Below are positions 29,975 through 40,846 of a stretch of 64,000 nucleotides of DNA, one piece after another. Below the pieces are notes generated by a model, which did no database searches, was not told the DNA's origin, and was given only the letters and a program-made list of their open reading frames with translations. The stretch is taken from positions 96,001 through 160,000 of the IMG/VR virus record IMGVR_UViG_3300020416_000001. One strand, given 5' to 3'. Within the stretch, counting starts at the first letter, position 1; each line of letters opens with the position of its first letter. The translations under genes were made by a program, and so were the position numbers. Origin of the DNA: a virus.

Positions 29975-30182
29975 GGATCACACACACCTGATAGGTGCAG
30001 TCACAGAACTAGATGAGGAACCTTCATACCTCATCTCAGACTGTATGAAAATTGATGATGGTAACTACATCAAGTATCCTCTCTACACTGACCAACGTGA
30101 CATCTTCTTGACTTCTGACGTGGTTTTGACTATAGTTGAACCGTCTGAAGAGACCTTGACAAACTACAAGAAGGCACTTTGA
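29946..30182 (+). CDS. Hypothetical protein, possible Sm-like fold
   Basis: KIILLK....IG.V.E; ..LTIVEP. Confidence 0.65.
   Translation: MTPLKIILLKDHTHLIGAVTELDEEPSYLISDCMKIDDGNYIKYPLYTDQRDIFLTSDVVLTIVEPSEETLTNYKKAL
30108..30136 (+). promoter_or_regulatory. sigma70-type promoter of gp43 (TTGACT-17-TATAGT)
   Basis: Near-consensus boxes. Confidence 0.65.
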
Positions 30183-32656
30183 GTTCAGTTTATACAAACG
30201 TAACATTGCTAGGCGACTCCATCCTGTGTCGTGGATACGAGGATGGTGTACCTATTCAATACAAAGAAATCATCAAACCAACATTGTACGTTCCCTCACC
30301 GAAAGGTAAGTGGAGAACTCTTGAGGGCGAGAAGATGGCACCTGTCAAACAAGACGGTGCTAAGCGTGCTCGTGAATTCATTGAGAAGTACAAGGGGGTT
30401 GATGGTTTTGAAGTGCACGGTTACGAACGATTTGTATATCAGTGGATCTCTGAGAAATACCCTCAGGATATGAGGGCGAACCTTGACCAGATGAAAATCT
30501 ATACGATTGACATCGAGGTTGCTTGTGAAAATGGTTTCCCAGATACCGAAGCGTGTCAAGAAGAGATGCTTCTTATTACTATTAAAGATCTTAGTAGTGG
30601 TAAGTACATCACTTGGGGTACACGTGAGGCAAAGATAGAGACAGAGTATCGTGTCTTTTGGACCGAGCAGGAGATGTTGACTGACTTCCATAATTGGTGG
30701 GTAGAAAACACTCCTGATATAGTGACTGGTTGGAACTGTAATCTGTATGACATCCCCTATATCTGCCGTCGTATTGAACGTGTGCTAGGAGAGAAGTGGC
30801 AAAAATCACTCTCACCTTGGAACAAGGTCAATATGCGTGAGGTATTCATCAAGGGTCGTAAGAACTTGTCTTACAGCATCCTTGGAGTTAGCATTCTGGA
30901 TTACCTTGATCTATACCGAAAGTTTACATATACCAACCAAGAGTCATACCGTCTTGACCATATTGCATTCGTCGAACTAGATGAACGCAAGTTAGATCAC
31001 AGCGAGTTTGAAAACTTCAAAGCATTCTATACGGATGACTGGCAGAAGTTTGTAGAGTACAACATCCACGACGTTGAACTGGTAGATCGTCTTGAGCACA
31101 AGATGAAACTACTTGAACTTGCTGTGGTTATGGCATACGATGCCAAAGTAAACTTCGAAGATGTGTACTCACAGGTTCGTATGTGGGACACTCTCATTTA
31201 CAACTACCTCAAGGAGCGTAAGATCTGTGTCCCTCCCAGACAAGAGAGCAACAAGAATGACAAGTATGCGGGAGCATATGTCAAAGAACCTAAACCAGGT
31301 CTTTATGAATGGGTGGTTTCGTTTGACCTTAACTCTCTCTATCCTCATCTCATTATGCAATATAATATTTCACCTGAGACCCTCATCGACACCAGACACC
31401 CCTCCGCCAGTGTTGATGGACTGCTCAATAAAGAGATACGAATCAGTGGAGATTACTGTGTGTGTGCCAACAGAGCACAATACAGGAAGGACATCCAAGG
31501 ATTCCTACCAAAGATGATGCAAAAGATCTACGATGAACGTGTGATCTATAAGAAGAAGATGATCAAGGCGAAGAAAGAATATGAGAAGACTGGTAACAAA
31601 AAGTTACAGGATGATATTTCTGCCTTCAACAATATACAGATGGCGCGAAAGATTCAGTTGAACTCTGCATATGGTGCTATTGGTAACCAATACTTTAGGT
31701 ATTATAACCTAGCAAATGCCGAAGCAATCACTCTTTCGGGTCAGGTTTCTATCCGTTGGATCGAAAATAAGATGAATACTTATCTAAATAATCTACTCAA
31801 CACGGAAAAGGAGGATTATGTCATTGCATCTGACACTGACTCAATCTATCTTAACCTTGGACCTCTTGTTGATAAATTTTTTGGTAGTAAGTGTGGCGAT
31901 AAAGACGCAGTTGTGGGGATACTTGACAAGATCTGCCAAGAGAAGATTGAACCCTACATTGATAAGTCTTACGCGGAACTCGCGTCGTATGTATCGGCGT
32001 ATGACCAAAAAATGAAGATGAAGAGGGAGACCATTGCCAACAAAGGTATATGGACTGCCAAGAAAAGATACATTCTCAATGCCTACGACATCGAAGGAGT
32101 CAGGTTTGCTGACCCTAAACTTAAAATGATGGGTATTGAGGCAGTTAAATCATCCACACCTGCTGCCTGCAGGACAGCAATTAAGGATGCTATGAAGGTG
32201 ATTATGAATGGTACCGAAGACGATACCCAAGAATTCATTTCAAACTTCAGAAACAAATTTGAGAAACTATCAGCAGAAGAGATTGCATTCCCACGTGGAT
32301 GTAATGGTCTGTCAAAGTTCTCAAATCCTGCTACAATATACTCAAAGGGAACTCCTATCCACGTGAGAGGAGCACTCCTATACAATTTCTATATCAAGAA
32401 GAACAAACTATCTCATAAGTTCCCTCTGATTCAAGAGGGAGAGAAGGTTAAGTTCCTCTACTTGAAGACCCCTAACAAAATCCAAGAGAACGTTGTCAGT
32501 TTCTTTCAAACTCTGCCGAAAGAATTTGGTCTTGACAAGTCCATAGATTATGACCTACAATTCCAGAAGAGTTTCCTTGACCCATTACAGGTTATTATGG
32601 ATACTATCAACTGGAAAGCAGAGAAGATTGCTAACCTAGACGAATTTTTCCTATGA
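30179..32656 (+). CDS. gp43: Family B DNA polymerase gp43
   Basis: [29 protein letters not shown]. Confidence 0.98.
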   Translation: MSSVYTNVTLLGDSILCRGYEDGVPIQYKEIIKPTLYVPSPKGKWRTLEGEKMAPVKQDGAKRAREFIEKYKGVDGFEVHGYERFVYQWISEKYPQDMRANLDQMKIYTIDIEVACENGFPDTEACQEEMLLITIKDLSSGKYITWGTREAKIETEYRVFWTEQEMLTDFHNWWVENTPDIVTGWNCNLYDIPYICRRIERVLGEKWQKSLSPWNKVNMREVFIKGRKNLSYSILGVSILDYLDLYRKFTYTNQESYRLDHIAFVELDERKLDHSEFENFKAFYTDDWQKFVEYNIHDVELVDRLEHKMKLLELAVVMAYDAKVNFEDVYSQVRMWDTLIYNYLKERKICVPPRQESNKNDKYAGAYVKEPKPGLYEWVVSFDLNSLYPHLIMQYNISPETLIDTRHPSASVDGLLNKEIRISGDYCVCANRAQYRKDIQGFLPKMMQKIYDERVIYKKKMIKAKKEYEKTGNKKLQDDISAFNNIQMARKIQLNSAYGAIGNQYFRYYNLANAEAITLSGQVSIRWIENKMNTYLNNLLNTEKEDYVIASDTDSIYLNLGPLVDKFFGSKCGDKDAVVGILDKICQEKIEPYIDKSYAELASYVSAYDQKMKMKRETIANKGIWTAKKRYILNAYDIEGVRFADPKLKMMGIEAVKSSTPAACRTAIKDAMKVIMNGTEDDTQEFISNFRNKFEKLSAEEIAFPRGCNGLSKFSNPATIYSKGTPIHVRGALLYNFYIKKNKLSHKFPLIQEGEKVKFLYLKTPNKIQENVVSFFQTLPKEFGLDKSIDYDLQFQKSFLDPLQVIMDTINWKAEKIANLDEFFL

Positions 32657-33669
32657 CATTCTTACAGACCATTATCAAAGACATCGGCAATGACTATGCT
32701 TCAGTTGTAAGCGAGGGTGTTGCTGCAGGTGATGTAACATCGTTTGTTGATACTGGTTCATATATTTTCAATGCTCTTGTAAGTGGTTCGATCTATGGAG
32801 GTTTGCCTTCAAACAGGATCACCGCTATTGCAGGAGAGAGCAGCACAGGTAAAACATTTTTTACCTTGAGTGTTGTTCGTAGTTTTTTAGAAAAAAATCC
32901 TGACGGTATCGTCTTGTATTTTGAATCTGAATCTGCTGTATCTAAAGATCTGTTGGAGACCAGAGGCATCGATTCTAATCGTGTCGCTGTCATCCCTGTC
33001 GTAACTGTACAGGAGTTTAGAACTCAAGCACTCAAGACTCTGAAGAACTATTCCAAGATGGATCCTGCAGATCGTAAACCTATGATGTTCTGTCTGGACT
33101 CACTTGGTAACCTTTCTACTTCTAAAGAACTAGCAGACAGCGAGGAAGGTAAAGACACTAGAGATATGACACGTGCACAGGTTGTTAAGGCAATCTTCCG
33201 TGTTCTTACTCTGGAACTTGGTCGCTGTGATGTACCTTTGATTGTAACAAATCATACATATGATGTAGTGGGTGCTTACATTCCAACCAAAGAAATGGGT
33301 GGAGGGTCAGGTCTTAAGTATGCAGCAAGTACAATTATCTACCTGTCCAAATCCAAGGAACGTGACTCCAAAAAGGAGATCGTTGGAAATATCATTAAGT
33401 GTATGACTCAAAAGTCACGCTTCACAAAAGAAAACACAAAAGTAGAAACGAGGTTATTCTATGACGCAAGGGGACTGGACAAATATTATGGACTATTGGA
33501 GTTGGGTGAGAAGTATGGAGTCTTCGAGCGGAGGGGGAATAGGATTGTTGTTGGTGAATCTTCCGTTTTTCCTTCTGTTATTCTTGCCAATCCTGAGAAA
33601 TATTTCACCGAAGAAATAATGTCCAAACTAGAAGAGGCAGCAAAGTCTGAGTTTGCATATGGATCCTGA
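32653..33669 (+). CDS. uvsX: RecA-like recombinase UvsX
   Basis: [25 protein letters not shown]. Confidence 0.96.
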   Translation: MTFLQTIIKDIGNDYASVVSEGVAAGDVTSFVDTGSYIFNALVSGSIYGGLPSNRITAIAGESSTGKTFFTLSVVRSFLEKNPDGIVLYFESESAVSKDLLETRGIDSNRVAVIPVVTVQEFRTQALKTLKNYSKMDPADRKPMMFCLDSLGNLSTSKELADSEEGKDTRDMTRAQVVKAIFRVLTLELGRCDVPLIVTNHTYDVVGAYIPTKEMGGGSGLKYAASTIIYLSKSKERDSKKEIVGNIIKCMTQKSRFTKENTKVETRLFYDARGLDKYYGLLELGEKYGVFERRGNRIVVGESSVFPSVILANPEKYFTEEIMSKLEEAAKSEFAYGS

Positions 33670-34216
33670 TCATTTTATCAGGGTTTATGATGACGCTCTT
33701 CCCGAAGTTGTTTGCACTAATGCAATCAGAATGTTCGAGGAAGAGTCTCTTGAAGAGTTTGATAGAGAGGGTCGCCCTACCTTCTCTCAATTTAATATCA
33801 CAGATAAACTAGAGAAGACTGGTAACAAAGACTGGGATATTATTCAAACTGAAATGATCAAATCTTCTCACGATTTTGTGCAGAAGTATATGGATGATTG
33901 TGATTGTAGGCAATACTTTCCTATGAGAACATCACTCGAACAATTCAGAATCAAAAGATACAGAGCAGAGACACAGGACCAATTCAAATGGCACGTCGAT
34001 GTGGGAGACCATCAATCGGCAAAGCGTATGTTGGTTCTTTTCTGGTATCTTAATGACGTTGAAGAGGGTGGAGAAACTGAATTCAAGACGATGAAAGTTT
34101 CTGCTAAACGTGGTAGACTATTGATGTTCCCACCCACGTGGACATATCCTCACGCAGGACTTCCTGCAATCTCTAACACAAAATACATCGCGGGAACTTA
34201 CATACACTATGTCTAA
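33659..34216 (+). CDS. 2OG-Fe(II) oxygenase (prolyl-hydroxylase-like)
   Basis: [26 protein letters not shown]. Confidence 0.85.
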   Translation: MDPDHFIRVYDDALPEVVCTNAIRMFEEESLEEFDREGRPTFSQFNITDKLEKTGNKDWDIIQTEMIKSSHDFVQKYMDDCDCRQYFPMRTSLEQFRIKRYRAETQDQFKWHVDVGDHQSAKRMLVLFWYLNDVEEGGETEFKTMKVSAKRGRLLMFPPTWTYPHAGLPAISNTKYIAGTYIHYV

Positions 34217-35591
34217 TTCTGTAGAAGATCTCGTTGTATCATCTTTATTGCACAACGTAGACTTCACGAGGAAAACACTTCCTCACATCAAAACAGAATA
34301 CTTTGAAAACTACAACAACAAAGTAATCTATGAGGAACTCAGTTCCTATTTTACTGAGTACGATAGTCTTCCATCTAAGGAAGCACTTCGTATTGAGATC
34401 GAGTCTCGTAGTGATCTAAATGAAACTACTTTCACTGAGATCAAACAGACTATTGATCTTTCAACTGAAGAACCACACGAGATTGATTGGTTAGTACACA
34501 CCTCTGAGAAATGGTGCCGTGATCGTGCCATTTATAATGCACTCCTAGAGTCTATTCAGATTGCTGATGGTAACTCTGAGACACAGGGTCGTGATGCTAT
34601 CCCTTCTATCCTTTCAAATGCTCTATCTGTCTCTTTTGATAATTCTGTTGGTCACGACTATCTTGATGATAGTGATCAACGTTACCAGTATTATCACAGG
34701 GTAGAAGAAAAGATTCCTTTTGATATTGAATTACTCAACAAGGTTACTAAGGGTGGTCTATCAAAGAAGACATTGAACGTAGCACTTGCAGGTACAGGTG
34801 TTGGTAAGAGTTTGTTTATGTGTCATTGTGCTGCTGCTAATCTTGCTGCAGGATACAACGTGTTATACATCACGTTGGAAATGGCAGAGGAAAAGATTGC
34901 TGAGCGTATTGATGCTAACCTTCTCAATGTAAACGTACAACAATTAGAGACACTACCTAAACCAATGTTCGATTCTAAGATCGAAAAGGTTCAAAAGAAA
35001 ACACAGGGTCGTCTTCTAATTAAAGAATATCCAACTGCATCTGCACACGTAGGACACTTCAAGTCTTTGCTACAAGAACTTTCTATCAAGAAATCATTTG
35101 TACCTGACATCATCTATGTGGACTACCTTAACATTTGTAGTTCATCAAGATATAAAGGTGCTATAGTAAACTCGTACACATTTGTAAAAGCGATTGCTGA
35201 AGAACTACGTGGACTTGCAGGTGAACATAATGTCCCAATCGTATCCGCTACTCAAACTACTCGTAGTGGTTATGGCAATTCTGATGTTGACCTGACAGAT
35301 ACTTCGGAGTCATTTGGACTCCCTGCAACAGCAGACTTTATGGTTGCTCTCATCTCTACCGAAGAGATGGAAGAGTTGAATCAGATTATGGTGAAACAAC
35401 TGAAGAATAGATATAATGACCCCACAGTCAACAAGAGATTTGTTGTGGGTATTGACAGAGCGAAGATGCGTCTGTATGATTGTGAAGAGCAAAAGAAGAT
35501 TGTCGATTCTGGTCAACCAGAAGAGACAGTTGATGCATCTGACATCCTATCCTTCTCTAACACCAAAAACTTTAACGATTTCAAAATTTAA
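34209..35591 (+). CDS. gp41: Replicative helicase gp41
   Basis: AGTGVGKS, TLEMAEE, SESFGLPATAD, QLKNRY. Confidence 0.97.
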   Translation: MSNSVEDLVVSSLLHNVDFTRKTLPHIKTEYFENYNNKVIYEELSSYFTEYDSLPSKEALRIEIESRSDLNETTFTEIKQTIDLSTEEPHEIDWLVHTSEKWCRDRAIYNALLESIQIADGNSETQGRDAIPSILSNALSVSFDNSVGHDYLDDSDQRYQYYHRVEEKIPFDIELLNKVTKGGLSKKTLNVALAGTGVGKSLFMCHCAAANLAAGYNVLYITLEMAEEKIAERIDANLLNVNVQQLETLPKPMFDSKIEKVQKKTQGRLLIKEYPTASAHVGHFKSLLQELSIKKSFVPDIIYVDYLNICSSSRYKGAIVNSYTFVKAIAEELRGLAGEHNVPIVSATQTTRSGYGNSDVDLTDTSESFGLPATADFMVALISTEEMEELNQIMVKQLKNRYNDPTVNKRFVVGIDRAKMRLYDCEEQKKIVDSGQPEETVDASDILSFSNTKNFNDFKI

Positions 35592-35593
35592 TT

Positions 35594-36172
35594 ATGGGTA
35601 TTGAACAACCTACCGAAGCAGACTTCCGAGAAGAACCCGCCAAATCTAAGGTGGAAGACTTCGAAAATCCTGCCGATAGGATTCCTGACGGGTTTCGTGA
35701 ACCTCAAGGGTTTCAAGCAAAGAAAGTTGACGAACGACGTAAGAAAAGTAAAAAGAAAAATGAACCCTTTGAGGTTGATTACAAACAGTATCTCAAATTT
35801 GTAGATACAACCACTAGCAAAGAGTCGAAAGACTTTGATACACTCATCGAACGTTATGAAGCACTTAAAGAAAGTGGATGTGATATTGAACGTCTTGACA
35901 CTGCTGCATCGGGTCTTGTTGCTGAGGGCGGAGAGTTTATGGAGATCGTTAAGAAACTCAAGTTCCAAGGCAAACCCTGGAATGAGGACAACAAAGAACA
36001 CCTCATCATCGAACTGGGTGATGTGATGTGGTATGTTGCTAACGCTTGTATCGCACTCGGTGTTGATCTTGATGAAGTTTGTTTCCGTAACACAGTCAAA
36101 CTTGCAACACGCTATCCTGAGGGAGAGTTCACAGTTGTTAGATCTGAAAACCGTAAGAAGGGGGACAGGTAA
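35594..36172 (+). CDS. mazG: MazG-like NTP pyrophosphohydrolase
   Basis: AEGGEFMEIVKK, ELGDVMWY. Confidence 0.92.
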   Translation: MGIEQPTEADFREEPAKSKVEDFENPADRIPDGFREPQGFQAKKVDERRKKSKKKNEPFEVDYKQYLKFVDTTTSKESKDFDTLIERYEALKESGCDIERLDTAASGLVAEGGEFMEIVKKLKFQGKPWNEDNKEHLIIELGDVMWYVANACIALGVDLDEVCFRNTVKLATRYPEGEFTVVRSENRKKGDR

Positions 36173-36264
36173 TGGAACTTTTAATTGGCACAGCGTGTGT
36201 TGGTGCAACAATGTACTATGGTTATCTTATGGCAAAATACTTTGATGCAAAGGAGGGCAAGTAA
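36172..36264 (+). CDS. 30-aa TM peptide
   Basis: TAATG coupling at both ends. Confidence 0.5.
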   Translation: MELLIGTACVGATMYYGYLMAKYFDAKEGK

Positions 36265-36476
36265 TGGGTGCTGAAATGTATGCAATTCCTCTAATGCTTG
36301 GTCAAGCAGCAAATGCGTGGAACGCAATCTCTTGGGAAGAATCTATTCCATTCCTAATTACTCTTATTGGTCTCTACTGGGTCAAGGTAAAGATTGATTC
36401 ATCAGTTGGACTCAGTAAGAAGAAAGGAAGACAACTCAAGAATATTATTAAGGAGGCAATAGAAGAGACTAAATGA
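36264..36476 (+). CDS. Small membrane protein
   Basis: GGAGG RBS, TM segment. Confidence 0.65.
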   Translation: MGAEMYAIPLMLGQAANAWNAISWEESIPFLITLIGLYWVKVKIDSSVGLSKKKGRQLKNIIKEAIEETK

Positions 36477-36760
36477 TTTTTTGGATTGGTTTCACCCTTA
36501 TGGTTTTGAATGAGGGTTTTGTAATGATGCGTCACGTATCTCCTTGGTTTGGAAGACGAAGGGATGACATCATCGCAAAGATTGGATCTAATGCTTGGTA
36601 TAGATTACACGGTACATTAGATTACGCTTGGATTGCACTAGTCACTATTGGATTGATCGTTTGTCCTAACAGACTGAATCATATAGCAGCACTAGCAGTC
36701 TTTTGGATAGGTTCTTTCTCAGTATTCTATCTACCTAGATGGAAGAGACGCAGGAGATAA
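36473..36760 (+). CDS. Multi-TM hypothetical protein
   Basis: Three hydrophobic segments. Confidence 0.7.
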   Translation: MIFWIGFTLMVLNEGFVMMRHVSPWFGRRRDDIIAKIGSNAWYRLHGTLDYAWIALVTIGLIVCPNRLNHIAALAVFWIGSFSVFYLPRWKRRRR

Positions 36761-36786
36761 ATAAAACTGGTTCGAGATGGATCATT

Positions 36787-36823
36787 GGGGGGTGCTTGAC
36801 ACCCTCCTTTTTTATGCTATACT
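36787..36823 (+). promoter_or_regulatory. Terminator hairpin overlapping a TTGACA/TGcTATACT promoter
   Basis: GGGGGGTG-CTTGA-CACCCTCC-T6; extended -10. Confidence 0.6.
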
Positions 36824-36853
36824 ATATTTGTAAGGCAAGGACGCTTGTTTTAC

Positions 36854-37023
36854 TGGGAGTGACTGAATAACCCTGTTGGAATTAGGCGGGGTAATGTAAA
36901 CGGTCAGGGGTGGTGCCCGCTTCTTCGGAAGAACTTCTTACCAGAAGGACTGTTGTTGTTATGTACTAATTTTCGCACTAGCGATTCCCATAACTTGTAG
37001 GTATAATGTATTCCTACCTCCCA
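36854..37023 (+). ncRNA. manA RNA: manA-type structured RNA
   Basis: TGGGAGTGACTGAATAA...GGTGGTG...CCTACCTCCCA; ends pair; near mazG. Recognised from recalled consensus. Confidence 0.7.
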
Positions 37024-37045
37024 CCCAACCTTACATATCAGGTCT

Positions 37046-37573
37046 ATGAATATCTTCGTTACTGATCCTGATCCAATAGCATCTGCCAGAGTTTTACCTG
37101 ACAAGCACATTGTCAAAATGCCCTTAGAAACCTGTCAGATGCTTTCTATTGTCGCATCAGAGAAGTGGGGTCACGGTTTCGGTGACCTACCAAAACTTGA
37201 CGGTACTCCTTACAAGACAGACAAGGGTGCCTTTCGTAATCATCCCTGTACAGTATGGGCAAACAGTTTTGTACTCAACTGGCGATGGTTAATCACTCAC
37301 GGTCTTGCACTTTGCAATGAATACACTCTTCGCTATGGTAAAATTCATTCGTGTCAATCTACTATCGAACACGCACGTAAGATATTTCCTTGTGGCGATC
37401 CTACTGGCAGGAGTGGCAAGCATCCTACACCCTTCGCAAGAGCGATGTACGATGAATTCAAACACGACCAGTCAATAGATACATTCACTGCATATAAAAG
37501 GTATATCGCTGCAAAACCTTGGGTCAAAGATAACTATCTTAGAATCCCAGAACGTAAACCAGATTGGGTTTGA
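37046..37573 (+). CDS. Pyrimidine-dimer DNA glycosylase (DenV-family-like)
   Basis: MNIF...P..SA..LPDKHIVKM.LE..QML, HPCT.W, EY..RYGK.H. Confidence 0.75.
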   Translation: MNIFVTDPDPIASARVLPDKHIVKMPLETCQMLSIVASEKWGHGFGDLPKLDGTPYKTDKGAFRNHPCTVWANSFVLNWRWLITHGLALCNEYTLRYGKIHSCQSTIEHARKIFPCGDPTGRSGKHPTPFARAMYDEFKHDQSIDTFTAYKRYIAAKPWVKDNYLRIPERKPDWV

Positions 37574-37599
37574 TAAATAATTAAAAATCTGCACCCGAA

Positions 37600-38433
37600 A
37601 TGGCAAACAAAGGGTTACAATTTGAACACGCAGTGATGTACTCGGCAACGAGTAAGATAATTAACAAGAGTGCTCAGAACCAAAAAGACTTTGAACAAGC
37701 AGCAGGACGAATCAACGCTATCTCTGGCGACATTCGTGCTGCTGCTGATCGCATTGTTGAGTCAATGGCACCATCAGGTAATAATATTGAAGCGAGGCAA
37801 ACATACTACAAGTCATTTGAAAAAATGTCTGGTGGTGGAGAAGAACCTAAGACTGACGTCAAGTTTAAGTCAGGTGGTACGACCTACCTATGCTCTATGA
37901 AATGGGGTAAATCGTATCAGTTAACATCTGCAGGTATTGATAAGTCAACTGCAGTGTTTCAAAAAGTATTAGCAAAGACTGCTAAGGATTGTGGAGGTGG
38001 TGCAACTGATGCACAGACACTTGGATACCTACAACTAATCCTTGAGAAGATCAACAACAAATGTGAGAACGCAAAAGGAACTGTAGATCAACCTACTGCT
38101 AAAAAGATACTAAGTGATATAAAAAAGGCAGGTGGATTGAATGAACAGTTACAAGAAGTGTTAGGTTCAAAGAAGAAACCTGATGGTGCTGCTGCATATG
38201 ATTGTTTCAAGTATAATTTGACACACGAATGTATGACAGGTGCTTTGTTATTCAATGGTGATGAAAGATCAGCAACACATATACTGACAGAGACAGGTGT
38301 AAAACCTATAGATGAGAAGGCAGTCAGAGACGTGATGAAACAGGCAGGTGTCAGGATGGCATTGAAGGGCAGAGGTAAGGACAAAGTTACAGGTGTCCGT
38401 CAGAATGCCATTGTGATTCGATACGAGGTATAA
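37600..38433 (+). CDS. Hypothetical protein, possible PD-(D/E)xK-like nuclease
   Basis: G..FE near the N-terminus, EPKTD, SMK; late box upstream. Confidence 0.55.
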   Translation: MANKGLQFEHAVMYSATSKIINKSAQNQKDFEQAAGRINAISGDIRAAADRIVESMAPSGNNIEARQTYYKSFEKMSGGGEEPKTDVKFKSGGTTYLCSMKWGKSYQLTSAGIDKSTAVFQKVLAKTAKDCGGGATDAQTLGYLQLILEKINNKCENAKGTVDQPTAKKILSDIKKAGGLNEQLQEVLGSKKKPDGAAAYDCFKYNLTHECMTGALLFNGDERSATHILTETGVKPIDEKAVRDVMKQAGVRMALKGRGKDKVTGVRQNAIVIRYEV

Positions 38434-38440
38434 TATAGGT

Positions 38441-39634
38441 ATGGCAAAGCAGAATACACACCTCGAACACCTTGAGGATGACATTCTAAACCAAGGTTCT
38501 AAAGGAGGATTCAACGCTATAGCATTCCTCAGAGAACTTGGTAAGATGCTGACTGAACCACAGTCTGCAGTTAATATTACAACTAAGTGGGACGGTGCCC
38601 CTGCTGTCATTTGTGGTAAACATCCCTCAACTGGCAGGTTTTTTGTTGGAACCAAGGGTGTGTTTGCTAAGATGCCAAAGATTTGTGTGAGTGATGCTGA
38701 TGTAGATGAGTTCTACAGTGGTGAACTAGCAAAAAAATTAAAGATGTGCTTGCGTCTCCTTCCTCAACTACCTATCAATGGTGTAGTACAGGGTGATCTA
38801 TTGTTCACAAAGGGTGATGTCACTACAAAAGTTATGGGTAAGCAAAAGTGTCATACTTTTATGCCTAATACCATCACCTATGCTGTACCTGTAGACACTC
38901 CTATGGGTAAGAAAGTATCAAGAAGTTCTCTCGGTATTGTATTCCATACATCATATACAGGTGGTCCTACTCTAAGAGATATGACCCCTGGTTTTGGTGT
39001 AAATGTGACCAAGATGCAGGCAGCACCTAACGTAGCAGTATTCTCTTCAGACTTTACTGACGCGACAGGTTCATCTGTATTCAAACCTGCAGATAAAAGC
39101 AAGTATGATCTTCTAGTCAACCGTGCTGAAGGTTCTCTCAAGCAAGCATCAAGATTTCTAGACATCCTACAAGATAAAGGAGAAGGAAAGTTTATGCTCT
39201 CTGCTATGTTCAAAGTATATTTCAACTCATTCATCCGTACTGGTAAACCTATTGTCAATGCACAGGCAGTTGCTGTAGGTTTCAATAAATTCTATACCGC
39301 AGCACTAGACAAAGAGATCTCTATGAAGAAAACAGATACAACTAAGAAAAAATATGAGACTATTAAACAGAATGGTCTTAGATTCTTGAAGCAAAATGCA
39401 CGTGCTGTCTATATGACTGTCGCATCTTATATGAATCTGATCGCTGCAAAGACTGTAGTCATCAAACAACTTGGAAAAGTGCAGGACATTGGTACATATA
39501 TCAAGACTGATAATGGTTATAGGGTAACTGCACCAGAGGGTTTTGTTGCAATCAAATCAGGTTCTGCACTCAAACTTGTAGACCGTTTGGAGTTCTCTAG
39601 AGCGAATTTCACAGTAGAAAAAAATTGGGGTTGA
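38441..39634 (+). CDS. Conserved phage protein with ATP-dependent ligase-like motifs
   Basis: HLEHLED; TKWDG (motif I), QGDLLF (III), EGFV (IV), LKLVDR (V). Confidence 0.65.
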   Translation: MAKQNTHLEHLEDDILNQGSKGGFNAIAFLRELGKMLTEPQSAVNITTKWDGAPAVICGKHPSTGRFFVGTKGVFAKMPKICVSDADVDEFYSGELAKKLKMCLRLLPQLPINGVVQGDLLFTKGDVTTKVMGKQKCHTFMPNTITYAVPVDTPMGKKVSRSSLGIVFHTSYTGGPTLRDMTPGFGVNVTKMQAAPNVAVFSSDFTDATGSSVFKPADKSKYDLLVNRAEGSLKQASRFLDILQDKGEGKFMLSAMFKVYFNSFIRTGKPIVNAQAVAVGFNKFYTAALDKEISMKKTDTTKKKYETIKQNGLRFLKQNARAVYMTVASYMNLIAAKTVVIKQLGKVQDIGTYIKTDNGYRVTAPEGFVAIKSGSALKLVDRLEFSRANFTVEKNWG

Positions 39635-39664
39635 TAAATAGATATGGAAAACACCAGTATATCA

Positions 39665-40825
39665 ATGAAGTTCAGTCAGTTTATAACTGAGGCACGCACC
39701 GCTGCAGGTGAAGTTGCTGCTAAGAGAGGACTCCAACACGTCGGACACGGATACTATGCTGACAGGCAGGGTAATATCGTTGCGAAGTCTGAAGGAGGAA
39801 ATCGTTTGGTGCCTGTATCTCCTGATGAGGCAGCAAAAGCACAACAAGGTGCTGAACAGGGTGCAGCAGAAGACGAGCATATCAATAGTGGTGAAGGTTT
39901 AGGACATATTGCTCTAACCTTTGGACGTTTCAATCCTCCTACTGTTGGTCACGAGAAACTACTGGACACTGTATCTGAACAGAACGCTGACAACTATAGA
40001 ATCTATCCATCACGTACTGTGGATCCTAAAAAGAACCCACTAGAACCTGATGTTAAGATTGATTTTATGACAAAGATGTTCCCCAAACATTCTGATGCTA
40101 TTGTCAACGATGGTGATATGTCTAACATCTTCAATGTACTTTCCAACCTTAACCAAGAGGGTTACTCAGGTGTAACTATGGTTGTTGGTTCTGATCGTGT
40201 ATCAGAATTCAAGTCATTACTTGAGAAGTATAACGGTCAGGCATATGAGTTTGAAGAACTCAATGTTATTTCTGCAGGAGAAAGAGATCCTGATGCAGAT
40301 GGTGTAGAAGGTATGAGTGCATCTAAGATGCGAGCATTCGCAGCGTCAGGTGACTTAGAAAGTTTTGCCCAAGGAGTTCCATCGTCAGCAAAGAAAATTG
40401 CTGAGCAACTAATGATGGAAGTCAGAGCGGGTATGGGTATTCAAGAACAGGAACAGGAGGAAGAGGTTGCAGAACTTTGGGACATCGCTCCTAAACTTGA
40501 TGCAGAGAACCTCCGTGAAGCGTTCTTTGAAGATAAAGTCTTTTCTGTTGGTTCTATTGTTGAACATCTGGACACAGGTGTCAGAGGAACTATCGTCAAG
40601 AAAGGAACAAATTATGTAATCTTTGAAACACCAGAAAAATATAAATTTAATGTCTGGTTAACTTCCATTATGGAAGTGAAGGAACTGCATAAGTCAGCAG
40701 ACGATGGCAGTGGTAACGACTGGAAGGTCGGCACTGATACATATAGACACGCGGTTCAGGCAATGACCCCTGGACAGATGGTCAAAAAGTTCAGTGACTT
40801 CAGAAAAATAGGGTCAACTAAATAG
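39665..40825 (+). CDS. HxGH cytidylyltransferase-family nucleotidyltransferase
   Basis: TFGRFNPPTVGHEKL, VVGSDR, MSASKMR. Confidence 0.85.
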   Translation: MKFSQFITEARTAAGEVAAKRGLQHVGHGYYADRQGNIVAKSEGGNRLVPVSPDEAAKAQQGAEQGAAEDEHINSGEGLGHIALTFGRFNPPTVGHEKLLDTVSEQNADNYRIYPSRTVDPKKNPLEPDVKIDFMTKMFPKHSDAIVNDGDMSNIFNVLSNLNQEGYSGVTMVVGSDRVSEFKSLLEKYNGQAYEFEELNVISAGERDPDADGVEGMSASKMRAFAASGDLESFAQGVPSSAKKIAEQLMMEVRAGMGIQEQEQEEEVAELWDIAPKLDAENLREAFFEDKVFSVGSIVEHLDTGVRGTIVKKGTNYVIFETPEKYKFNVWLTSIMEVKELHKSADDGSGNDWKVGTDTYRHAVQAMTPGQMVKKFSDFRKIGSTK

Positions 40826-40846
40826 TATTACGCAAATTTTCGACAG

